In this document: positions 25,542-34,000 of the stretch, piece after piece
Position numbering within the stretch: position 1 is the stretch's first letter
How the letters are laid out: the number at the start of each line of letters is the position of its first letter
IMG/VR virus record: IMGVR_UViG_3300046689_000199
DNA from: a virus
Direction: 5' to 3' (one strand)
DNA: 64,000 nucleotides
Position numbers and translations under genes: made by a program
Notes under the pieces: generated by a model
The model's input: only the letters and a program-made list of their open reading frames with translations
Database searches by the model: none
Told to the model about the DNA's origin: nothing

Positions 25542-25913
25542 ATGACCAGTGCGTTCGGGGATCAGAAGGTCCCCATGATGACCAGCATCAACAACGTCGG
25601 CGAGGGCTGGCACGAGCTGATCCGGACTCTGGAGGAGAAGCTCAACAAGATCGACCCGGAGTTCGAGCTCCTGCAGGTCAAGGAGAAGTTCGGTGGGCTG
25701 CGCTACTACGCGAACACGAGCCATACTGACGAGCACGACAACTTCCACCAGCTGATCTCGCTGGCAGAGGAGGCCTCCTCCCATCTCTGTGAGGTGTGTG
25801 GAGAGCCGGGTGAGAACAAGGCCACCCGGCACTGGCTGAAGACCCTCTGCGAGACACACCGCGCGGAGGACGAAGAGCGACGCCTGGCTGAGGACAAGCA
25901 GTTAGGTATCTAG
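25542..25913 (+). CDS. Hypothetical protein with a CEVCG motif (SD AAGGAGGA)
   Basis: Canonical SD 6 nt upstream. Confidence 0.5.
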   Translation: MTSAFGDQKVPMMTSINNVGEGWHELIRTLEEKLNKIDPEFELLQVKEKFGGLRYYANTSHTDEHDNFHQLISLAEEASSHLCEVCGEPGENKATRHWLKTLCETHRAEDEERRLAEDKQLGI

Positions 25914-26003
25914 ACGCCAGTGCCCGTTCTGCACTGGTGTTCAAGGAAGGCCCCCGTCTCCCCCTGCTGGGAGGCGGGGGTCTCTGACGTGAAGGGAAGC
26001 ACC

Positions 26004-26405
26004 ATGGCAGCACAACCAGTGGAATCGTTTTGGGACCACGAGAAGCTCGTAGGGGTCCTGGAGGAGATCGAGACCGCCAAGCGCAAGCCGCTGAAGAACT
26101 GGATCCTCATCAACACCGTTGCCCTGCGACGTGGAGAGGGACAGGGCAACGAAGAGGACATCACCATCTGGTGGGGTTTGATGAGGATCGCCGGGAAGCG
26201 CCTGAAGCAGCTCAACAAGCTCCGCAAGGAGAAGACCCAGAGCTGGTGGCGACGGTTCTGGAATGGGGCCAAATCCTTCTTCAAGCAGGCCTTCGGCTGG
26301 GCCAGGAAGGTCGCGAACTGGGTCTGGAACGAGACCAAGGTGCCAGACATCCTGCGAGCAGCAGTCGAGATCTTCGTCGCCCGCAAGGTCACTACGTTCG
26401 CCTGA
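26004..26405 (+). CDS. Hypothetical basic protein
   Basis: GTGAAGGGAAG element 4 nt upstream of the ATG. Confidence 0.5.
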   Translation: MAAQPVESFWDHEKLVGVLEEIETAKRKPLKNWILINTVALRRGEGQGNEEDITIWWGLMRIAGKRLKQLNKLRKEKTQSWWRRFWNGAKSFFKQAFGWARKVANWVWNETKVPDILRAAVEIFVARKVTTFA

Positions 26406-26494
26406 TACCACCCCAACCACACCGCTGCACGACGCATCCCTGCGGGCGGTTGAGGGGAACGGAGATAGCTAATGCGTCAGCGAGTCTCCATGGC

Positions 26495-26552
26495 CATGGG
26501 CCCCTGTCTCCACCTACGGGTGGGGCAGGGGCCCTACGGGCCCTTTTTTTAT
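26495..26552. terminator. Bidirectional terminator region between the convergent plus-strand early block and the minus-strand late operon
   Basis: Hairpin gggcccctg...caggggccc followed by the palindrome gggccc-tac-gggccc and TTTTTTT on the plus strand; the complement gives AAAAAAA on the minus strand. Confidence 0.6.
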
Positions 26553-26560
26553 GCCCAAAA

Positions 26561-26926
26561 TCAGCCGAAGGAGATCGCGATCAGTCCGGCGTGCAGGACG
26601 TAGCCCTTCCCGGTCAGCACCACAGCAGGGGTCGGGAGCTCTCCGTAGGAGCGGAGCATCCCCTTGTTCAGCGAGTCCCAGATCCCGAAGTAGACCAGTT
26701 TGGTCTGCTGCAGCCCGGTGAACCTGGCGTCGACCAGAGACCAGATCGCCCGATTGTTGGGCTGGGAGAAGCTCATCTTGAACCGCTGGTAGCCACCACC
26801 GGCGATCTCCGCTCGGTCCTCACCACCCAGAGCTGGGCTGTCGTAGTGCAGGCTCACGAAGCCCTTGTCCGCGATGTCCTGCAGCCACAGGTGGGCCTGC
26901 TCGTCGGTGATGCTGCCGTCGCTCAT
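26561..26926 (-). CDS. Minor tail/virion protein (last gene of the late operon)
   Basis: ORF of 121 aa coupled to the upstream gene. Confidence 0.45.
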   Translation of the reverse strand: MSDGSITDEQAHLWLQDIADKGFVSLHYDSPALGGEDRAEIAGGGYQRFKMSFSQPNNRAIWSLVDARFTGLQQTKLVYFGIWDSLNKGMLRSYGELPTPAVVLTGKGYVLHAGLIAISFG

Positions 26927-29175
26927 GTCTGACCAGGCTCCTGCCTTATGAAGCGGCCCATGAAGTACACAGACTGATCGTCCTGATCGTCGCAGTAGAT
27001 CATGATGAAGAGCATCCCCGAGTACTCCTCGTTCTGGTTCCCGAGCTTCGGGTCCTTGGGCTTGTCCAGGTTCAACAGCTGGCTCAGGTCCCAGCTCCAG
27101 GATGCGTCGTCATCCAGCAGCCCGGTCCGAGTCGCGCCCTTGGAGAACCGGCCTGGGGAGTACCCAGCGGGCTCGTAGTAGTTGCCCCAGCCCACCACCT
27201 GATCGGCTCCCTGCGCGACCAGCTGGACATCAGGACCCCAAGGGAAGTGGGTGCCATCGGGCTGGATGTTCTCCCACCCGCCCTTGTAGAACGGGTGAGT
27301 CATCGCCGGGACCAGGTTGGTCTGGTAGGTGGTCGGGATCACCGCACCACCCACCGTGCGCGCGTCCAGGTACGGCGGGAACAACGGGTCGGTGCGGATC
27401 ACCGGGAACCGGGGCATCGCCTTCGCGTCCACCCCCGAGTTGCTGTACACGCTGACATGGAACTTCACCGGCAGCACGTTGCCGTTCTTGTCGTACGCCG
27501 CGATCTGGGTGGACCGGATGTTGCCGGCCTGGGACATCCGGATCGGGATCGCAGCCAGAGCGATCCCATCCCTCTTCATCGAGCTCCAGTTGTTCAGGGA
27601 GTTGGCCCGGTCGGTCTTGGTGAGCTCGATGTAGTACGGCTTCGACTTCGGGTTGGAGGGCGGCCACTGCTTGGTCCACTGTTCGTACGGGAAGGTCGCC
27701 GTCGAGGGCAGCTTCTCGACGAAGAACTCCTTCGCGGCAGTCGGGATGATCCCGGACCCCGCCTTGTAGGACCAGGGCAGCACCAGGTCCTGGATCGTGT
27801 TGGAGTACTTCCCCACCTGCAGCGCTCGCATCGGGGTCAGTGCGTCCCTGGTCCTGGCCTTCACCTCCTCCACGGTCAGCTGGTCGCGGTACTTCGTGTC
27901 GTAGGTCAGCTGCACGCTCAGTGCATCGAAGTCCGCAGAGACCTGGGTGACGTGCGCCAGCACACCCTCCTTGATCCCGAACAGCCCGTTCAGCCGGATC
28001 GTCTGCCCGCCTCGGATCATCAGTCGAGGCACCAGTGCGCCAGCCGAGGTACGGGGATCGGTGGTCAGAGTGATCGACCCGGTGATCCCAGGCTCAGCGA
28101 ACCGCTGGTACTGACCCTGCGCGATCTTCATCGCGCTGAGCTCGTCCACCCCGTCCTGGAATCTCAGCAGGGTCTCCTTGGGCTTCACCCGCGGGTCGTA
28201 GCTGGGGTTGTTCTTCCTCGGGTACATCCGCGGGTTGTAGGAGAACGGCTCGAAGTAGGTGGTCTTCCCGTCCGGGGTGACCTGGATGTTGGAGAACGCG
28301 ATCCCAGCCTCGTCCTGTCCGGTGCCGTAAATCACTCCGGCCCGCTGGGTGTAGTCCCGAGAGCCCTCCATCTGGACTCCTGGCGCACCCAGCGTGATCT
28401 CGATGATCGAGTCGTCCTGGCTGTCCGGGATCCGACGCAGGAACAGCTCAGGCCGGCGCTGTCCTCGGTTCCTGATGCTCCACTGGCTCCCGCCCTCCGC
28501 GAACATCACGGTGAGCAGGGACTGGACGTGACCGGTCAGCAGCGGCTCCCAGCTCCCGGTGCTCCGCGAGGTGAACCCGGTCCACCGCTGCCCGGTGGCC
28601 ACACCCCAGGGCTTCAGCGCCACCAGGTAGCTCGGGTCTCCGAACGGAGGCACGGTCAGGGCCCAGTCCTCGGGGAACAGGATCCGGAACTTCCCCAGGT
28701 GCGCGGGGTGCTCGTCCTGGTCGAAGGCCTGGGCGATCAGGATCTCGTACGGGATCGGCTGCTTCGGGAAGGATGGCATCGCCAGGTAGTCATCCAGGCC
28801 GTAGAAGGCTCCCTTCAGATCCATCGAGAACGCGGAGTCCTGGCCGGACAGACTGAAGGAGTAGGCCGCGATGTACCCCTCCCAGCGCCAGTCGAAGTCG
28901 TAGCCGCCCACGTTCTGCCAGACGATGTCGACATCGCTGTTCGGCACCAGCCAGTCCAGGTCTCCCTCGCCCGGCGTGTCGAAGACGGTGATCTGCGGGA
29001 AGGTCAGGCTGGCGGTCACCTCGGTGAACGGGTCCTGGGTGGAGACCGTGCCGATCTTGGTCGGGGCATCCCGGAACAAGGTGATCTCGCGCTGGTACCC
29101 ACCAGGAGGCGTGGCGAAGATCCGGAAGAAGCCCATCGGCTGCTGCTCGGAGGGGTAGGCGGTCAGGGACTTCAA
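26923..29175 (-). CDS. Large minor tail protein (750 aa; candidate tail-tip/baseplate component)
   Basis: Size and position downstream of the tape measure gene. Confidence 0.55.
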   Translation of the reverse strand: MKSLTAYPSEQQPMGFFRIFATPPGGYQREITLFRDAPTKIGTVSTQDPFTEVTASLTFPQITVFDTPGEGDLDWLVPNSDVDIVWQNVGGYDFDWRWEGYIAAYSFSLSGQDSAFSMDLKGAFYGLDDYLAMPSFPKQPIPYEILIAQAFDQDEHPAHLGKFRILFPEDWALTVPPFGDPSYLVALKPWGVATGQRWTGFTSRSTGSWEPLLTGHVQSLLTVMFAEGGSQWSIRNRGQRRPELFLRRIPDSQDDSIIEITLGAPGVQMEGSRDYTQRAGVIYGTGQDEAGIAFSNIQVTPDGKTTYFEPFSYNPRMYPRKNNPSYDPRVKPKETLLRFQDGVDELSAMKIAQGQYQRFAEPGITGSITLTTDPRTSAGALVPRLMIRGGQTIRLNGLFGIKEGVLAHVTQVSADFDALSVQLTYDTKYRDQLTVEEVKARTRDALTPMRALQVGKYSNTIQDLVLPWSYKAGSGIIPTAAKEFFVEKLPSTATFPYEQWTKQWPPSNPKSKPYYIELTKTDRANSLNNWSSMKRDGIALAAIPIRMSQAGNIRSTQIAAYDKNGNVLPVKFHVSVYSNSGVDAKAMPRFPVIRTDPLFPPYLDARTVGGAVIPTTYQTNLVPAMTHPFYKGGWENIQPDGTHFPWGPDVQLVAQGADQVVGWGNYYEPAGYSPGRFSKGATRTGLLDDDASWSWDLSQLLNLDKPKDPKLGNQNEEYSGMLFIMIYCDDQDDQSVYFMGRFIRQEPGQT

Positions 29176-30149
29176 CTGTCGCCTCCGTAGACGGTGCTCA
29201 GGGTGGTGATCTCAGCAACCACCTGGGCCTTGGTCAGCGGCTTCCCGTAGATGCTCAGGTCCATCAGCGCCATGTCCATGGTCGCCGAGTCCAGGAAGGG
29301 GCCGTTCCCGAGCCAGAAACGGGTGCTCAGCGGCTCAGGGGCTGCTCCTGCGGCCAGAGCCCGGGTCAGCACCTTCGAGGGCCCTGAGGCGGCGTACAGC
29401 GTCGTCTGTGGTCTACCCACCACCATCGCCAGATAGGTCAGCGCAGTGCTGTTCAGCCCGTTCCCGATCGCCACGCCCTTCTGGTCCGGCATCTCCTCGG
29501 TCCGCATCCAGACCGCCTGGTCCTTGACCGTGAACATCGACCAGGCCCCGGTGATCGAGTCCGGGCCCCAGAGCGCGTTGTTGTCGACCGTGTCGTCGTT
29601 GCCGTAGATCGAGTTCGGGCTCAGCACCATCAGCACGGTGTAGCCACTCGTGCCGCCCATGAACAGGTCCAGGTTGATCCACATGTAGTCGCTGGTGTTG
29701 GAGTCGAAGTTCAGGGCGGTCATCGAGGTGAACCGCTCGTCCCCGACCGTGTACTCGTAGTCGGTGACCATGGTGGGCGCGTGGTCGACCGAGGTCAGCC
29801 AGGGCCCGGAGCTGCCCTGGATCGGGATCCACTGCAGCGTGACCTGGTCGTAGTAGGCGGTGTCAGCCACCCAGCGCATGTCCGCTCCTGTGACCAGGGC
29901 GGTCGGAGCATCTCGGTTCCCCACCAGGTCGCCCTCAGCTGAGACCAGGCACTCGATCCGGATGTCGCAGTCCGGGACCGGAACCGGCCAGCCGGACAGG
30001 ATCCGGTACTCGTCGACCTCGTACGCCGCGCTCTGCAGCGGGAACAGCCCACCTGGCACGTTCAGCAGCGCGGGTGGGATCCGCTGACCTCGCGCGCGTG
30101 CGGTGAGCTGGGCCTCGGTCTTCCCCGGTACCAGCGCGAGGATGGCCAT
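29172..30149 (-). CDS. Minor tail protein (325 aa)
   Basis: Position; ATGA overlaps. Confidence 0.5.
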   Translation of the reverse strand: MAILALVPGKTEAQLTARARGQRIPPALLNVPGGLFPLQSAAYEVDEYRILSGWPVPVPDCDIRIECLVSAEGDLVGNRDAPTALVTGADMRWVADTAYYDQVTLQWIPIQGSSGPWLTSVDHAPTMVTDYEYTVGDERFTSMTALNFDSNTSDYMWINLDLFMGGTSGYTVLMVLSPNSIYGNDDTVDNNALWGPDSITGAWSMFTVKDQAVWMRTEEMPDQKGVAIGNGLNSTALTYLAMVVGRPQTTLYAASGPSKVLTRALAAGAAPEPLSTRFWLGNGPFLDSATMDMALMDLSIYGKPLTKAQVVAEITTLSTVYGGDS

Positions 30150-30589
30150 CAGGCCTCCTCAGCGAGGTAGAACGGCCCCAGGGACACGCTCAGATCACCC
30201 TCCGAGATCTCTACCTGGTCCCCGGTCGAGACCAGGAGCGGGTTCTCCAGGTCGCCCACCAGGAAGTTGTAGCCGTCCACCTGGGCGTTGCAGAGCGCCC
30301 AGAACCCGATCTGTCCCCAGTCTGCGGTGGCGGTCACGTACTGCGCCGGCAGCACGTTGTAGATCTCCTGGGGCTGGGAGTCATTGGTCCAGTTCGCCAG
30401 GTCGTTGGGGATCTCGATCCGGGAGTAGTCATCTGAGTCCGGCTCGTCTAGCTCGCTCCCGGACATGTACGGATCCGGCGGAGTAGTCCGGACCAGGGCC
30501 AACCAGAACGAGGGTGGCGGAGTTGTTCCCTGAGTGAAGTAGGTGGTCAGGAGCTGGCTGGCACCCCAGACCGTGAGCCGGCCCGACAT
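30149..30589 (-). CDS. Minor tail protein (146 aa)
   Basis: Position and coupling. Confidence 0.45.
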   Translation of the reverse strand: MSGRLTVWGASQLLTTYFTQGTTPPPSFWLALVRTTPPDPYMSGSELDEPDSDDYSRIEIPNDLANWTNDSQPQEIYNVLPAQYVTATADWGQIGFWALCNAQVDGYNFLVGDLENPLLVSTGDQVEISEGDLSVSLGPFYLAEEA

Positions 30590-31041
30590 CAGATCCGCTC
30601 CGTCGTCACGTCCGGGTACCGGGGGATCGCGAACTCGGCCCTGGCCATCAACGAGTGGGTCCAGACCTGGCCCCGGCTCATCGTGGTGTCGGCCAGCTGG
30701 CAGCGCCAGTACTCCCGGTACTCATCGAAGGTCCACCTGATCCGGTAGTCGTACTGCTCGAACAGGTCGGTCAGTGTGAACAGGTTGTCGTTCATCTCGG
30801 TCTGGGACTGCCCGTACACCCAGACCCCGATCTGCTCCTGGACCATGTCCGGGACCGCGTGCACCAGGTAGTTGCCACCGAGGATCGGCGACTCCGCGAC
30901 CACCTTCCGCCAGGTCTTCGCAGTGGAGTCCCGGGTGGTGTCCCCGGTGATCTTGTAGGTCTCGCCGTCGTTGACGTTGACCCAGCGGGTTCCGTAGCTG
31001 ACCTCGACAGCCAGGTAGTCCAGTCCTGTCTTCGATGTCAT
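30589..31041 (-). CDS. Minor tail protein (150 aa; candidate distal tail protein)
   Basis: Immediately downstream of the tape measure gene. Confidence 0.45.
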   Translation of the reverse strand: MTSKTGLDYLAVEVSYGTRWVNVNDGETYKITGDTTRDSTAKTWRKVVAESPILGGNYLVHAVPDMVQEQIGVWVYGQSQTEMNDNLFTLTDLFEQYDYRIRWTFDEYREYWRCQLADTTMSRGQVWTHSLMARAEFAIPRYPDVTTERI

Positions 31042-34000
31042 GCAGCAGATCCTGTCAGGGATGGCCGGCTCAGAGCCATCACCCGCTGGCGAGCCTGCAG
31101 CTTGGCCAGCAGCTCGTTGGGGTCGTTCGCCTGGACCGTGATCGGTCCGGTGAAGTTGGTGCTCTTGTCGATCCGGGTGTTGTAGACGCTCACCCCACCA
31201 CGCATCGGCGAGGAGCCCATCCCGATCCCACGCGCCTCCGCGCCATGCATGGCCATCGCCAGGAAGTTGGCCCCCTGGTCGTTCAGCGGGATGACGGCCT
31301 CCGGGCCACCCTCTCCGACTCCGATCGCACGCGGGCCGGTGAACACCCCGCCGTTCGCGAACCAGCTGTGGGTCTTGTTCGGGTTGACCCCCTCCAGGGA
31401 CTCCGCGTAGCGCTTCCTGACCAGCTCGTTCATCACGTGGCTGATGTCTCCGGGGAACAGCGGGTGCACGCCCTGCATCGCTGCCGCAGCCGCCTCCGAG
31501 TGCGGGTAGCGGTGCTTCAGGATCGAGGCCAGCCGAGGAGTGGCTGCAGCCCCTGCCTGGTGTGCGTCCCGGACCGAGGCCAGGGCCGCGAACTGTCCCA
31601 GCATCCCGCGCAGGCCGGGGATCATCCCGGGGTTCGGGCCGTAGTCCAGACCACCCAGACCGTCCTGGCCGGCGTAGAAGGCCGCGATCTGACTCTGGTG
31701 CGCAGCGCCGGGGTCAAGCAGGGATACCGCGTGCACGTGCGCACCAGAGCCAGCCGTGGCTGCACCGGGGAAGTTACGGCCCCAGGCAGCGAACCCGACC
31801 CGACGCAGCCAGTACTGAGTCCGGAAGTTGCCTGGGGACTCGTCGACCACTCCAGGGCCCATGTGCGAGGAACCGGAGTAGGCGGTGTACGGCTGCCACG
31901 AGCCCTGCATCGTGGTCAGGTTCATCCGAGAGAGGTGCTCGGCCAGCAGCAGCTGGGCCTTGGTGATCTTCGAGACCGGCTCGCCGTCCATGTAGACCCG
32001 GGCGTCCGGGTTGACCAGACCACCATCTGCGTAGCCGCCGTGCTTCGCCGCGTGGTTGGCCGCGTTGATGTAGCCCTCGCCCATCGCCCGCGCCCACTCC
32101 GGGCGCATGATCGCCTCGCCTCCAGACAGCGGGACCATCGTGGTGTCCCTGCCTGGAGTCCAGCCGGGGACCACACCGCCGGACGCCATCCCGCCTACGG
32201 TGTGGCCTCCGGTTCCGTGCATCGACATGTCCTGGGTGCCACGGGTGTCCGGGGCCTGGTTGTTGGAGACGCTCTTCGGGACCTTGTACTTGAACCCGAA
32301 GATCGAGGCCAGGTCCTGCATGGTGGCGATCGCCTCGGCGCTGGTGCTGCCCTTCAGAGTCCGGAAGGACTTCAGGACTGCATCGGCCTGGGTCGCTGCG
32401 TGCCCAGTCAGCTTGTGGGTGGCCTGGACCAGGATCGACTCGAAGTTCCCGTCGATCTCCTTGCCGACGTTGGCCAGGTCCTGAGCGGAGCGCTGCATGG
32501 ACAGCGCGTAGGCGTCGGCCTGACGACCCATCTGGGTGTCGTAATCCTGGGCCTGCTGATCCATCACGATGTTGAACTCCTTGCGCTGCCGATGCAGGGC
32601 GCGCAGGAAGTCCTCGTGACCGAGCTCCATCTGGCGTGTGAAGTCCTGTCGGGACCGTGCCAGCTGGAGTCGGTGCGACCGCTGTGTCTCGCTCCAGTCC
32701 AGAGACGAGGGGTCCTGCAGCAGGTTCTTGGCAGCGCCCTCTCGCAGGCTGCCGGCCACCCGGTTGAACTGCTTGATCACCCGCGGCGTGGCCTCGGTCA
32801 GGAACCTGGCCAGCTGCTGCTGGTTGGCCGGGTCCGTGAACTTCATCTGCTGGATCATGGCGTCCGAGGCACCCATGCCCCGGAGCTTGTTCAGGTCCGA
32901 CTCCTGCTGACGCATCCGCTGGAGCTGGTCCGCAGCGTTGCTCAGGATCTGGCTGGCCGAGCTGGTCCGTTGTACCTGCACCCGCTGGTAGATGTCGTAG
33001 ACGGTCGTCGCCATCTGCTTGGCCTGCACCTCGATGGAGTGCTGGAAGTCGTCCTCACTCCGCTTCCGCTGCAGGTTGAAGTCGTAGTGCGCTCGCCGAA
33101 CGCTGCGGTAGTAGTCGGCGGTGGCGTAGTTCTGCTGTCGGGCGAAGGAGGACTCAGCGCGAGATCGCTGAAGCTGAAAGTCATGCTCCTGGTAGGAGCG
33201 CTGCAGGCTGTAGTCCTGCTGGGACCGGGTCCGCTGGATCTCGAACTGGTCCTGCATCAGCAGCATCTGCTTGAAGTACTGGCCCTGGTCCACGAAGGAC
33301 TGCGCGGTGGTCGCCTTCTGGGTCTCCAGCTGAGTCAGCTGCTCCTGGGTCATCCCCGTGGTCGGGATGGCCTCCAGGTTCTGCAGCTGGGTGACGTTGG
33401 TCTGGAACTGCTGGGCCCGACCCATGAACGGCATCTGCATCTGGACGTTCTGCTGGGCCTTGGCCGAGAGCGCCATCTGCAGCTCGTAGGGCCGGCTGTT
33501 CTCGTCCCCGATGTTCGCCTGCTCGCGCTCGGCAGACCTGATGATCTGCTCGTCCGTCATCCCCTTCCTGCGCAGCCGGTCGTACGCCTGGTTGGTGCCC
33601 TGGTAGTAGGCCCCGACGTTCTCCTGCTGGACGGCGGAGATCCGAGCCGCCGGAGACGCAGCCATCGCTCGACCAGCCGCAGTCGTCGACTGACCAGCGA
33701 GCATCTGCTCTGCAGCTTGTGGAACCAGGATCTTTCGCAGCATCGCCGTGTACTCAGGACCACCCTTCTGCTGAGCAGCCACCAGCTGGTCCCAGCTGAC
33801 CCCGGCCTGGCTGAGCAGTCCCTCACCACGATCGGACATGAACTGGGTGAGCTGGTTGGTCTGCTGGGCCTGGGTGCCAGTGAGCTTCTGGCCGTACTTC
33901 TTGGCGATGTCTGCAGCCGCAGTCCGCTTGGAGTCGAACTCCTTCACCGCGTCGTCGTACTTGTGCTGAGCGTCCTCGACGTCGGAGGTGCCGAAGAAAC

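Noticed and set aside
27247-29190. Long plus-strand ORF (647 aa) antisense to the minor tail genes; similar long antisense ORFs at 31035-34964 (+), 62247-63983 (+), 19781-20638 (-), 21692-23197 (-), 7577-8446 (-) and 52622-53266 (+)
   Set aside because: They are very Arg/Gly/Pro-rich with no start context, as expected for stop-poor antisense frames in about 67% GC DNA. The opposite strand carries well-supported coupled genes.
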